The notes below the pieces were generated by a model that saw only the letters and a program-made list of their open reading frames with translations, was not told where the DNA came from and did no database searches. Both the position numbers and the translations under genes were made by a program. Shown in pieces: positions 1 to 13,865 of a stretch of 64,000 nucleotides of DNA (positions are counted from its first letter, which is position 1; each line of letters starts with the position of its first letter). This stretch comes from Takakia lepidozioides. Its lineage: Eukaryota; Plantae; Bryophyta. The DNA is taken from NCBI GenBank assembly GCA_030704615.1, contig CM060731.1, forward strand, positions 4,402,001-4,466,000, read 5' to 3'.

Positions 1-2464
1 TGTTGTGCCCTCTTGGAGATGAAGCCTCTGAAAAAGTGTGCTCCAATTAAAAGCTTGTTATCTCTTCTGCCATCATGGAGGGATTGGATAGTAATGGACT
101 CAGATAAAAAATTCATATCTAAATTTCAAAGAATCTAAAGTTCAAGTAAGTGAGTGCATTCTACCTTGAGGCTGTTGGCCAACATGGCACTGAGTGATTG
201 GCTTGGTGATATCTCTTGTGGTGAATGATGGTGGACCAGGAGGGGGGTGCCCTAGCATGCAGGCCGATGCAGACCTCACCTGCTGCTGCAGTGAAGCATC
301 TGGTGGTTAGGTTGGCGATTTCTAAGCAAGTTGTGGGGATGCCAGGAGATCTTATAACACTGAAGAATCTTGGTATGCGGTGCTCTCCTAAGCTACCCAC
401 TTTCCTACCAAGTCTGGCAGCTTCAGATGAAAATTGGAGAGAGTTTGAAATATGGTAGCAGTCCATAGGAAGCTTAAAGACTACATAAGTATTATGCATT
501 TTATTTGAAGCCTGAAGGATCCCCTAGTGTTCAACATATTTTGTGGTAGAAGTAAAGTTCTAAGCGTCACGTAAAGTAGGGTCAGCTCTCCATCCGGACG
601 CATAGGAGATTTTCTCTTTTAGTAGTTTACTCTCAGAGCTCTCTCTCTTTGGGTATTCATATGGATTTCTATTTGTGACACTGTTTGTTTTTTGTGCATA
701 GCCATATCTTCTCTAGTTTTCCTGATTTATGCATGGAACAGTGGGTAGTAACATGGAACTATGGGCATGTATGTAGGTGAGAATCTCCAAGTCAGCACAA
801 GTTCAATATTCCCAGAGTGCAACACATCCGTTCATGACACAAGGGAAGGTATGTAACCTTTGAAGATGCAACGTTTAAATCCCATCTATTCTAGTGTACA
901 AGGGATTGGACGCAATGGGTTAGTGAAGTATATTCGTTGGAATAGCTTCACAGTATCCTTGTTGCAAATAGATTGGAACCTATGCACAATACAATTACTT
1001 AGCACCATTCAGTAGTGGGGCATCATGGTACTATCCCCTAGAGAGGGAAAGGGTTATTCTGGGTGTAATTAGCACCTACGACCCGAAAACGAGCTGCTTT
1101 ACCATCTTAACAAGAGTGGCACTACAAAATTTCAAGTTTAGCACAGCTCAGCAGTCTTTGTTTTTGTTTTTCCATTGGACATGAAGTCTCCTGCGAGTTG
1201 TTTCAAGGTACTCACTGCAACATGCTCTTTTGAAAACAAAAGTTGAAGTAGGATGTAGAACCATAATGCATTATTCCTCGCTATAACCAGCATCAGTAAT
1301 CTTAATGATTGGACTGCAGAATGTGTGAAGGAGACAAGGGGTTCAAGGTCTGAGAACATGGTGAACTCAGTGGTTTTGAGCAATTCGTCCTTCCTTGCAA
1401 ACAACATGTGTATTGGCCAGAGCTTCAGCACTGACTCAAGCTCCAGCACTTATTGTACCATGCTAGGGCCTCACTCCTCTAATGGGACCTTTCAGCAGAT
1501 TAGCGTTACTGGTGAGATTCTGGCTGGCTGTCTGTAACCAAAGAAAGAAGAAATGAGATCATAAGCTGCGATATCTAGTGTGACTGCAGATTCAATTTAT
1601 TTTGCTGGAATGACTTTGATGACGTATTTCTGTAAATTGCAAACACGACATCAGCTTGAAATACCAAGGTCAAGTAAGTTAATAGCTAGTAATTTGGAAT
1701 GTCTACAGCGTGGTTTATCTCCTTCTCATCCTCATGGACTGCTATGCAATTGTGGGGCATAAAAGAATGCCCCAACTTTGCCTTCTACAAGTAAATTGGT
1801 GATGATGTTTGTCAATCTGCAGGCACTCTGCGGGGTCTCCCTCGTATCAATGAGAGTTCTAGTAGCCTGGAAAGCAGTGGACCTCAGGTGAATGATATTG
1901 CGCCTGGTATGCTGTCTGGAGGCAACAGTCTTAAAACTATCTTGGTCAGTCCGACAGTGAGCTCTGTTGGAGCAGTTGGTGCACCCAGGAGCCCTGCAAT
2001 GGTTTCAGTCAGCAGCCCTGTGGTGAGTAGTGGAAGCGATATTGCTAGCAGCAGCCCGAGGGCTATGTTCAGCAGGGCTTCTGTTGGGGGAAATAACAGG
2101 TGCATTACTTTTTGCATGTTATAGGTTTTCTAAGTCAACTTGTTCATGGATTTTTATGATATGGACTTCGAAATGCTAAAGTTGAATTCCACTGATGGTG
2201 ATAGGCAAGATTGAGGATTTGGAGGGTAGCTTCATGTGTTGATCAGAACTGTCTCGAGAGGTTTCAAGTACAAGACCGTTCAATGATGGACTCAAGTTAC
2301 TTGCCATGCTCTTTACAGCTCATTAGGCCAATGGAAAAGCATTACAATCTCCTGTAGTAGTCAGTCCAATGTTGTGAAAGGAGGCGCCAGTTGAGCTTAT
2401 GTGGCAGGGAGTTAACTTTATGTTGTGAGTGATGTGACATGATTGCAGGATTGCATCCTATCAG

Positions 2465-5400
2465 ATGGAATCTACATCCAGCATTTGGTCCAACCCCATG
2501 GCACCACGATCTAAGGAGCTGCCAGAGAGCTTTGAGCGAAGTATGTGTGAACGGCAAACATTGATAGATGTTGCAACGGCAATACAGATCTATGACACAT
2601 CTTCATTAAGAGATGTTCAAGAAGGAGAAATCCATACCCAAGTAGCCCAACCTGACACACAAGTAGCTGCACGTGCGGTGACCAAGGAGTGGCCTGCAAT
2701 TAGCACTCAGACTCGACCACCTTTTAATAATTTAATGGCTCGTAGCCGGTGGGTTCGCAAAGGAAGGAGGGCTTCTGATTTGGATAAAAAGAATGGAAAA
2801 AACTGTAAGAATGCTCGGGCACTTGCTTTGAGATCTACAGGGGGATCAATGCAGAGTGGAAATTGTGGTGCTAATGCTCAGCCAAAACACCGAGGCTCAC
2901 CAGAGAGTGTTGAAAGGAGTGAGCAGGAGGTGCTGCTGCAGGCTGTGATAAATGAGACCAGTGTAGCAAAAGTGGAAGCTGAATTGGAATCAGATATTCA
3001 GCAGGATATTGAGGAGGAAATTTCGAAGGAGATACTGATCCTGAGCCAGAAGCTAGCCAATCTACAGACCCACTACAGGTCCAAACGCATGGGCCAGAAT
3101 GGGTCAAAGCCTGCAGTTCTGAGCTGCCCACAAACCCCTCTATTACTCCAGACCCCATGGGTAGCACAAAAGGAGGAGGGTAAGGGAGAGTTTTTTAAAC
3201 CAAGCCATACTGTTGGAGCTGAGACAACAGTTCGGACACACAAAGGGAGAGTAGTAGCTGCCAAGTTTGTGCAACGGAAGAACAATACACTGTCAGTGCT
3301 CCGAGAGAAGAGGCCTGAGATAAAGAAGGGTCTTGCCACCAAAGAAGGATCTGTGACCAGTCTGCAGTTGCCGAGAAGGAGTTTAGGGGCAGCAACAACT
3401 TTTGATTCAAATGCAAATATTTCACACTACAACCATACATCAAAAGATCCTTTGCTTGTAAATAGGAGAGCTGCTGTAGCATCAAACGCTCCCCATGGGT
3501 TTTCAGGGAGGGGGCAAGAATTAGCTGAGAGTCAAGCAAAAGTCCAACTTGCTGAAGAAAGTCTGGAGGCGACACCGAGCAATGGTGGCTGGAATTCAGC
3601 AAGGTCCTTCAGAAGAGACAGCGTATTAAACCCTAAGGGTGAAATGGTAGATGATCCTTTCTCCCTGGGCAACCTAATCAAGCATCCATCTGTCTGCTGT
3701 TTGAGCCAAGGGGCCTGCCTCCGAATTTACCCTGACAGAAACAAGGGATTTGACTGGGTTAAGACTTTGAGGTCAGGGGGAATGGTTCTGCATAGTAGTC
3801 CTGGGCCTGGAAATTCCTCCACAGTGCCCAGTGGCATGTCCTCTCCGGTCAAAGACTATGACACAAGAGACACAGTATCCAAGAAATCGTCAGATGATGG
3901 GGAGGAGAGGGATGTTTGGACGAGGGAACACCCTGCTAATGTGCTTAAGGATTCAGGAGCCAAGTCGGCCAACAATGTGGTAAGGAAGGCACTGAAGATT
4001 GGTGGGAACTCTCCATCTGTTGCAGATCTGCAAGAAAATTGTAGTACTCTCAGGACTGTGGCTAGCAGATATGGTAACGACTTCCAAGGAGTTGTGAATA
4101 GACAGAAGAGATGTCCAGAGCCTGGCCTTGAAAACAGGCCTGCAAAATCTGGGAAAAAGATTATCTATCCACACAAAGTTGGTGACATTGAAAGCAAACT
4201 GGCCGTTCATTTGTTGAAGGCTGGTTTGGTCAGGGAACCATCCTTTAGAAAGCCGGCATCTCAGAGTACTTTCCCAGACAATTTGCGCTCCAAAACCAGA
4301 GCAGTTGCCTCCCACAGCACTGGAAAAGATAGTGGGAAGTGTCTCAAAAAGTCTCTAGGTGGTTTGAATTGCAAGATAGGTCAACTTGGAAAAAACAGGA
4401 CACCTCACGACAATAAAAAGAGCTTTGAATCAAGTGGGGTTGGTGGAGGACAGCAGGATGACAGGGATCGGTGTGAAGTTGAATATGAGAGCTTTTTAGA
4501 AGCTCCAGACACTGGAGAAAAACTTTCCGACTTAAGTGCAGCCATCGAAGCCCACAGTAGGTTCTCAAGGAGTGCGGCTATTAGCGAGGAAGAAGAGAGC
4601 AAGCAAAGTATCTTGAGTCTCTCTCCACATGATATAGCTCAACTATCTGAAGCAGCTGTTGTTAGCCTTAAGAAAAACCCACAATCAACAAAAAAGAGCT
4701 TTATCAGGTGCATTGAGTTAGTACCCGATATGCAAAGTACACAAACCCCGAACAGTGTTTGCAAGACATTGGCAGGCAGTACTGGCACTACTGAGATTCT
4801 TCCATGTCATCCAATAGATGGTTGTGTGGAAGAAAGAACGCACATTTCAAGGGATGGCCAGGTGGAAAAACACTTCAATGACGGTAAGCAACTTCTTGCT
4901 CCGAAGGGATAAGGACTACATATCTGTTAATGAAATGACTACTGCTTACTTCAAATGTTTTTCATATCTTTAATATTCATAGCTGGAAGAAAAGTTTCCA
5001 TTCCATTTCAGGCAGGTTTTCTCAAATTTGTGTTTTATATGGGATGTTCACTGGTGAGGAATTGTTACAGTGGCATATTCAAGCAAGGCGCCTCAAATCC
5101 TACAGCATTTGTAAGTTTCTGAAATTGGATCATTCCTGATCTAGCAATTTGAGCAGAGTCGGTCTTCGGCATCCATCATGAGAATGCTTGTAGCTGTGCA
5201 GCTGTGGAACATCTCAGCAACCCATTTTTTCTGGAGACATACATAAACTAAAAGAATCCCGTCAAAGACATATCACTTTTAGCAACTAGCATGAGAGATT
5301 TGACGGGTGCATCTTAACATATTGGATACATTATGGGCACAATGGTTGCTGGGAGTTCCAGGTGGCAACAGCCAAAGGAGAGGGTTACTACGAAACATGT

Positions 5401-6451
5401 TGAGGCGTTAAGTTAACTGCTTAGTGGTTAGTCAAAAACACGGCCTGATTGTGCTGGCCTGGCCTGCTCCAGATTGTAGCTGCCAATGCTGTCACTGATG
5501 TGTGGTATTAATAGGCCGAGGTTGGTGCAATGCCTATCCATGTCAAAGCAATTTTCAACTGAATCATATGTTGTTGTTACAGGCTGCATAGAGTCAGGCT
5601 TTGGGTACCAGGGCCTGAACTCTAGAGTTCACATGAAGGGGATAATTGAAGCTGCACAACATCCATGCGGGGAACTGGAAGTTAACAGAGAGACAGCCGA
5701 AGAAAGGGTTGGCCTAGAGGATATTGCAGATATTCCAGCCAACACTGTCTACAGGTCATTTAGCGAAGGGGCGATCCTCAAGAGTACTGCAGCCAACTTG
5801 AAGCCTAGTCAGAGTGATGTAAGAGTTTCTGGGGACCTAGAAGTCGTCTCTGCAGATAAGAGTTTTGGGAGCGAAACAAGATCTCCACAGCCTAAGGAGG
5901 GAGGGAAGATGCAGGGTTCAGATAACCAAGTTATCATGACCTTGGACTACCTCAACAGTGCAGTATTTGAAGGTGTTACTTCGCTGCCCCCATCAGAATC
6001 GGAAGGACCAGATACTCTACTGGCCTGGGCTACGCAACGCTCCCCACCTCCTCCTGACACTCAATTGAACTTTGCCATATCTACGATATCAGTGGTTCCT
6101 GCCTCTTGCACGCCCGAAGATGGTCTGAACCTAGAAGGTGGGGAACGTTTAACAGACGGTTTGAGAGCCCAATGGGAAGAGTTAATAGATGCCTTGGAGA
6201 AAGAAAGACTTGAGTTACCCAAGATAAGGACTGCAGGAAGCAATGATATGGGGGCAGTACCAATCACCAGTGCTCGTGATTCAGGTTGTGTGAAAAGGAT
6301 TGCTGGGCAAGTGAAGGCCATTGAGCATTTCAATAGGGAGGAAGCGGATGCCCGTTTGCTGGATAGAGGTGCGTTTGAAAATGGAATACTGGCTAATTTG
6401 AGTACGTTCCAACGGTTCATGAATCCTCTGATAACCAGTTGCGAGGCATAG
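2465..6451 (+). CDS. Large uncharacterised protein (~1095 aa); at least 2 coding exons, 2465-4883 and 5583-6451; S/K/E-rich with a short coiled coil
   Basis: An 815-aa ORF and a 321-aa ORF are joined by a phase-matched GT-AG intron (donor G|GTAAGC at 4884, acceptor TTACAG| at 5582, both phase 1, giving GGC). Heptad-like segment EAELESDIQQDIEEEISKEILILSQKLANLQ. An AG directly precedes the ATG at 2465, so upstream exons are possible. Confidence 0.65.
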
Positions 6452-7610
6452 TAGAGGACACATGTAATGCAATAAACTTTTAGTCCATCACACCGGCTAC
6501 TATGAGGGGAACTTGCGTCAAAGGCTCTCAGTAAGAGGCCACCACAACGAATAAGGACAATAATCTTAGAAACTCTTCCAAGCCATTTCGTTCATGGGTC
6601 AAATCTTCTAGTTGGGCTACCTACCACCGTAGCGGCTGCGACAAGCTTAGGCTGATGGCAACATGACATGAAGAGTGGACCTTGATGACAACTCTCCTAG
6701 TACTTCAGAGGAAGGCGAAGTGATTTGGACTGAAATCCGCTGTGTAAGTATGCATTTGATTTCCGGGAGATACCAGTTAGAACCATTTTCAAGATTGTAG
6801 TTGGGTGGCTGTAAATTTTATGCTAATTCCCACAGGAAGCATAGATTATACTCATAGCAACAATTGTTATGGTATGCATACACACTTTTGCTTTCAAGGC
6901 AGATAGTCGTCACAATCGCGGGACAGTTTGTTGTAGCTTGACATCTACAACTCAAGATCCACCTCAGATCTTCGACAACTTTGAGAGCAAGGATTGTTGT
7001 TGCTCAAGAATCTCCCAGATAGTTTTAAGGCATATTAACTTTCTACTCGAAGAATGGTTTTGCATTATCTGACTTGTAGACATAACAAGCATTTGGTTGA
7101 TATCACGTAGTACTCTTCGATGGGGTATCCATCACGAACAAACTTCCATTCAGTTGCTGGTTTGCGATCAGCTCACCCAGAATTTCGCAAACACAAAAAA
7201 TCTGTTTCCAACAACATCTCATTAGCATGCCTACAACCGCATTTTGCAGTGCAAGATTGCCCAAACAAACACCCCCGACAGATGCTTCTCAAAGACCAAC
7301 TTCACTCGTAGAGACGACGATATAATTTGAAGAACAGCCACAGTGCACATCATCCACAGTACACTTGGCATGCAGCCTCGGCCATTGCCACGTACATGCA
7401 ACGATCCCGCGGTGTTGCTGGGAAGCCGACGCATTTCGCTCGCCCATTGGGCCATTCATGCTTCCATCGCACTCGTGGGCCGCTGAGGGTGCTACTTTCT
7501 CAAGGGAGGATTGTGTCTCCTACCGTGGGCATTCTCTCTAGTTTTGAGGAGCTGGGATCACTCCCTGTCCCCTCTCAGCTGTATGCTATATATTTTGGAG
7601 TTCTGAATCC

Positions 7611-10600
7611 ATGGGTGCCCAGGGGGATGCAATGCGGGGGACCAAAATCTGCTGGGTGAAGCTGAACTCTCTGGATGGCAAACAAGCTCAAAATTCTCCA
7701 CCCGCTCCTATTCCCAAGCGTCAATTCACGTTGCACAGCTTTCTGGGTAGCTGTAACCCAAATTTTCTTGCCAATGCCAGTTCCTGTATTTTCAACGAGT
7801 TCGTTGAGAGGCATTTGTCTTCTGTGCTCAATGGGCTCCAGGACAGGCATCCGTCAAATGCCTTCGGCGCATTAAGCAATGAGAATGAGAATGGGAGATG
7901 GGGCTGTGGTATCAATGGTGCGTTTGCTAGTGTCAGTAATACTGTCATCGGAGGAAGAGGTCGTAGACGTGGCTCAGAGAGAAGTGAAAGATATGGCTCT
8001 AGCAGCCTGACAATGGTAGCTCATTCTTCTCCGCAGGGAACATATGCTTACGCCGCACTTGAGCGCCAGTTCAAGGTATATTCGCCACGCACTTACAAGT
8101 ATAAGAGAAATGAAATGAAATGGTGCTTTATAACGTCCGCGGAAAGCTCATAGAGCTTATGGGACAAATGGAAGGAAGAACATGAGAGAAAATAGGAAAA
8201 CCAGAGTCAGAGAAAAGAACTATTGTTCGAGTGATTGTCTAAGGGTGAATGCCTCGTGCAGGTAGGCTGCCAAACATTTCTGATCCTCATAGTGGAAGAC
8301 TTCAGTGACAGATTGGGTTCCACGGAACAATGGAATAGAGAGAGAAGATTCTTGACAAAGGCTTTGTAGGATTTGACAATCACGGTGAAATGGTGTTGAT
8401 CCATTGCTGGCACGGCTTACATTGACCACCCTGTCGATTCGACATGTGAACTCCATCTGATTTTTGTTTCTTGGGATGCAATTAAAATTCTTCTTGTCGC
8501 GGAAAAGGGGAGCAGTGATTTCGATTGTTGAAGTGAGGTTTATTCTTCTTCACTTATACCCGCGTAAGTGGATCGGGGAGAAGAGTGGCGCGAGCTGCAG
8601 GAGTGAAATTGAGGAGGTGTAAATGTAGGTACATAGAACTCAGCTGGTCGCTTCTATTTGATGAACCTTCAAATGCTATGTACTGGAGCCTACCAGAAAT
8701 GCTTAACCAATTGCTCAGTCACTTTGAAGTCATCAGACTGAAAGGTGGATGAAGTGATCATAAATCCTATTATCTGCCATGCTGCAGTAGTGTTGAGGGA
8801 CTATCTGGGCGCCCTGTGACCACAAAAAGCGAGTATGGATATAATTTGGATAGAGATTAGGGGGAGTTGTCGTATTTGTTGGAGGAATGGTGGAAGCTGT
8901 GTGTGACGCTCTGTTTCCAGAGCAGGACAACAGCAGATGTGTTCAATCATCTGCACGTGTTTACATCCATGAATAGTCTAAGGTATTACCAGTGAACATT
9001 ATCAATTTTGTAGAATTTACTATTGAAATCATCTACTTCTCACAGACATACTTGTTTTCCGCAGGACTTCGACAAGAATGACGTGGGCTACATAAGTGAA
9101 GGAGACCTGAAGTTGGCATTGAAGAGGCTCGACTTACCTACCTCCGAGCAGGTAATAGAACTGTGACTACTTTCAGTGTGTGATACATGAAACAAAGAAA
9201 GAATCTCAGTCACAATTTCTGTGCAAACAGAATCTTTAGTATTGGTTTGTCAGCACACTTGTGTCACTCAGATGGATATTCGACGTTGGGTTTACAGTGA
9301 TAAACCTCTGAGAATTTACATCCATGGTGTCCTGGCTTCTCCTTCTCCCTTAGCCCTCGCTCTGGGTGTCTTCTGAAAAAATCTTGTGCATTTGGCCAAA
9401 AAATTTTACAACTATGATAGTGGTCTTTTCCCTGTAGGATGTGCAAGCATTTATGAGACAGGTGGTGGACACCAACAAAATCAACCATATCACTTTCAAG
9501 CAATTTGCCGAGTATGCAGTCAACCAAGAGAACAAGCTTATCAACACTTTCAGAGAGCTAGACAAGAGGAAGGTACCCTGCTGTGGGCATGAAGATTGGT
9601 ACTGGAAAGAGGAGGAGGGTAGTGGAAGTAGGAAGGGTGCTGTGTTAGTACATTGCAGCAAGAGACAAGAAGCAGTAGAAGTTTCTACATCAACAAGAGA
9701 GAGCTAGAGAAGGATTCTCATTTAACAAAATTGCACTACCTTCTTCAGCAAAGAAGAAGATCATACAAGGTTCTCAGGTCTAGAAATAGCCTAACGTTGA
9801 ACAAGGGCACTTAGTTTGTATGACTGAATTGGACATTATTGGGTCAAGCAGAATGGGTATGTAACCAAGGATGGATTGAAGGCCGCTCTTCAGAAATACC
9901 GGTTCAGGTAACTTCCGTTATCTCTGTTTCTCTTGTTCCAGTGTGCTCTCTGCCTGGCCCTCCTACATTGGTGTGTGCATGTCATTTTTAGCTTGTTAGG
10001 CTTTGGGCTGACCTCAAGAGATTCATAACTCAGGAGAGAGACTCTGTCCTTCCCACCAATAAATAGGTATGAATTAGAGTGTCATTTTGGACTTCTGATC
10101 TCATGGTGCCATGCTGGGTGGGCTATGTTCGTGTTATATCTAATGCAATGACGTATGGAGCATCCTACAGGTTCAAAGACAAGGACATCTCAATCATGGT
10201 GAATAAAGTCCATGTGCACGGAAACCTGGGGTCCCAGGAGGTCCAGAGCAGCAGCTCCTTTGACTTTGCAGAGTTCAGGTTTGTTTCTTTTGGAATCTGT
10301 GATACTTGGCATTTCTGACCAAGATGATAGAACTGTACTGTAGTCTCATTCCTTCTGCAGGACATTCTTGAGAACAAGTTATTTGAAGAGAATTATTGAG
10401 GTAACATTTGATATCAAGTTCTCAACTCAAGGGTAATATGTGGGTGGCGGTGGCCACACGGTGCAGGGACTTTCTGATGCTTTCAACAGCTATTGATCTG
10501 AGGGACGTCTTTGATATCTGGGGCTTGGCAGCCATTGACTTGGGTGACATTGACACCTCATTTCCCATGTCTTCAGGTATGCAACATGTTTTCTGAGGCT

Positions 10601-13600
10601 TTTGGACTGTGCAGCACACATTATGCTGGACATAAGTTGAAAGAGTGTCAGTATGAAGCAATTTTATATTAGCCCTGTTCCAAGTGGCCCTCTGCAAAAT
10701 TTCAAAGTGACTAAGAAGATTGTCTTATATCATGTATATGATGGAATATTTGCAGGGAGATATAGCAAAGCTGGAAACATTGGCCAGCAGCGGCCAAAAC
10801 AACAGGTGTTGAAGCATCTCTTTGCAGGGGGTATGGCAGGCATCGTCTCGCGTACCATTGTGGCTCCCCTAGAGCGTATTAAGGCAAGTTACACATGCCT
10901 TGTACAATGCAAGTCAGGACCATATAAATGCTTGTGGCAACACTTCGGCAAGCAATCAAAAAGGCTGTGAAGGTGACAGATAACATATGGTTATTTCCTC
11001 CTTCAGCAAGGCATGGCAATGTATGAATAAAATTTTGAACGCAACAGTCATCTGAATATGGTAGAAATAATAAGCTTCGCAGCCATGCGCAGAAATTTCC
11101 TCTCACCGGGATGAATTTTCAACTGTTGATGCATCTTTTTGTCCATCATCTGCACATCAGAAATCAGTTGATCAAATGAGTAAAGGAATTCCTGTGAGAT
11201 TTTATATCATGGTTTGGTAGAGACCATTGTTCCCTCCCTTGAGAATTCCACATCAAGTCCAGAGGAGTCCTGAATCTAGGCTTACATGCATGAAGGAGCA
11301 ACTCCTTTTTTACTTTCTAGCTATGGACTTCATGTGCAGATTATGTCCATGGTGGACAGGGAGGTTATGAGGCAAGGATTTACTACTACATTTTCCAAGA
11401 TCTGGAGGTGGGTATTGCAGGTCTGCATTTCAAAGTGGTCAGACTCTTCGTGTGCAGTCAAGTAGGCAGCAGTTACAATGTCATTATAAATGTCTAGAGG
11501 ATGCATGTGTAGGAGGACTGCAGCCTGCAATACCATCAAGTATTGGAGCTGATATGGTGATCGTGCAGGGAGGAAGGGGTTGGTGGCCTTTTTAAGGGAA
11601 ATCTACTCAACATATTGCGTATAGTTCCAACCAAGGTGAGTAATTATTTTTAGGTACATGTAACACTGTACACACTCACAAAGAATGCAAAGTAGTCAGA
11701 TTTACAACTTGAAGTTTCCAGATTGTTTGAGTGCCGTTTGAATATGCGGTCTGATCACTGTCTTGATAGAAGAAGAAACTTTTATACTGTGACTTAGGGG
11801 GTCTGAAGCACATTCTGGGAGGTAGCTTACAGAGGTAAATCATCAAAAAAAATCTTTGTAAGGAGAGAAATGAAATGATATGAGAGAGAAGGAAGGAAAG
11901 GAAAGAAAAATAACTTTATGCCATCCACAGGAAGCTCACAGAGCTTATGGGACAAACAAGCAGCCCAAAAATAACATTCAAAGCTCAACATTCAGAGCTT
12001 CTGTAAGGTGGAAGGTCTTGTGTACATAGAGATGCTGCCAGAAAGGAAGAAAGCTTTGTAACGTCCACTCAAAGCTGAAAGAGTTTACAGGTGTGGGGAG
12101 GGGGGGATTCTAGGCTTACACTTTTCGAAATGTTTGCTCTGCCTGTTAACACAACAGGCAGTGGAGTTTTATGTCTACGACAGCCTGAAGGAGACTTTGA
12201 AAGGTACTGAACTTGTTGACATAAGCGGGCCAGAGCGCATTTTGCTTGGCGGCATTGCGTCAATGGCTGGAGCCTTTGTGAGCCATCCATTGGACACTCT
12301 ACGTTCAGTAGTGGCAGTGAAAGGAGCTTCAGCCAAGCAAGGGATTATTGAAGTGACCCGATCAATCATTGAGAAGGAGGGTTGGACAAGCCTTTACAAT
12401 GGTCTAGGTCCACACATGGTGAGCCTTTCTGCAGAGGAAGAGGGAGGGAGGGACATGCATGGCTGACTGTGGCAGTGTACAAGGAGCCTCCACCCATAGT
12501 AAGGTTTGGAAAAGAAAGAGATAAACTTTATTAGGGTATTATGGGAGGAGGGGAGAACGGACTAGGACAACAGTCAGCCGTCTGGACATTGCTCAAGTTA
12601 GCCCAATTTTTTGACTGCTAGTTGAGCCGGGGGGAATATCTGTCTCGTGCACTGCTTGCACTTCACAGATGATCCATATAGCCACAGTTTCACTGAAGTC
12701 TCTGATCCACAGGCATTCCAAGAAGTTCCAAGTTGAAGCAGCCTTGACAGTCCACATCAAACGTGGGACTTCCACAAGAATTTAGTTGCTATTCATGATG
12801 TTAGAGGTGAAGAGACTGTTGCTTCATACATTTACACTTTGGCAACCCTGTTTCATGGGGAACAGGCCAGAGTAGTACCATATGGAGCCATCAATTTCTG
12901 TGTGTATGATCAACTTACACAATGGTATCGTAGTCGCATCGGGCCTGGTGGTGAGCTTGGAGTTACTCCTACCATAATTTGCGGGTGAGCAAATACTTCC
13001 ATTGAAACTCTAGCCTAACATGAAATGCTGCTGTGAAAGTTTGAACTTCGGAACAAGTCTCCAGGTGTCTCAAGTGTTTGTTGAGTCAGCGACATCAGGG
13101 TTTTGTAATTATTTGATCCCAAGCTTATATTGGAGCATTGACTGCAGAGCACTAGCCGGCGCATTGGCTCAAACTGCTGTTCAGCCTCTGGAGGTCGTTC
13201 AGCGGAGATTGCAGGTTTATTATTCCCAACTTTTAGCAGCTTTCAATTTGCCGATAAGTTCAATGAATCACCTGGGAGGGTACAGGAGATTTATTTGAAG
13301 TTCCCTGATTTCTAACGAGTTTGAAGCTGGGGACCAAGTTCTCTCAGTGTGACAATATCTCTATTCAGCAGTAATACCATGTCTTATTCCCTATTTCAGA
13401 ACAGAATTGAGCAGACCTTCAAAACCGTCGGTCGGTCTGGCGAGTCTATCACACTTTTAGCTACCAAATGTTCGTAAGTCTCTTGCTGAACAGTCATTGG
13501 AACCCCATTGGAACAGGTGCAAATCAGCAAGAATGGCCCGGTAATCTACAAAAGCATGGTGGATGCTTTTCAAACCATTTTGCGTGACGAAGGTGTTGGT

Positions 13601-13865
13601 GCATTATATGCTGGTAAAGTCCTCACTCCAGCAGTGTCTTCTGGTCAAACTCCAGCATTAGCACATCTCAAATGGTGGTTCAGCAGAGTATGTGTGCTTA
13701 GACTGCCTCATAATGTGAAGTTCACCTTCATGGTTTCAAAGAGTGAGAATTGTTGTGCATGTGATTTATGCAGGGCTTCTGCCAAACACATTGAAGCTGA
13801 TTCCAGCAGCTGCCATCTCTTTCCTGGTTTATGAAGCTCTGAGAAAGCAGCCCGACCTTCAATAG
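7611..13865 (+). CDS. Mitochondrial carrier family (SLC25) adenine-nucleotide carrier with N-terminal EF-hand domain (APC/SCaMC-like architecture). Exons 7611-8075, 9065-9151, 9438-9572, 9852-9907, 10171-10278, 10467-10576, 10756-10883, 11340-11407, 11569-11635, 12158-12418, 12866-12984, 13148-13214, 13517-13613, 13774-13865
   Basis: Manual splicing gives a continuous frame. EF-like loops DFDKNDVGYISEGD, DTNKINHITFKQF and DKRKNGYVTKDG; APC-like linker EFRDFLML...IWGLAAIDLGD; three carrier repeats with PLERIK, PLDTLR and PLEVVQRR; also EEGVGGLFKGN, EGWTSLYNGL, EGVGALYAGLLPN; stop TAG at 13863-13865. The start codon is the least certain element. Confidence 0.9.

Noticed and set aside
1-2400. 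Upstream exons of the 2465 gene, or a LINE 3' remnant
   Set aside because: Splice-like sites and short frames exist, but I could not build a consistent model or recognise motifs.
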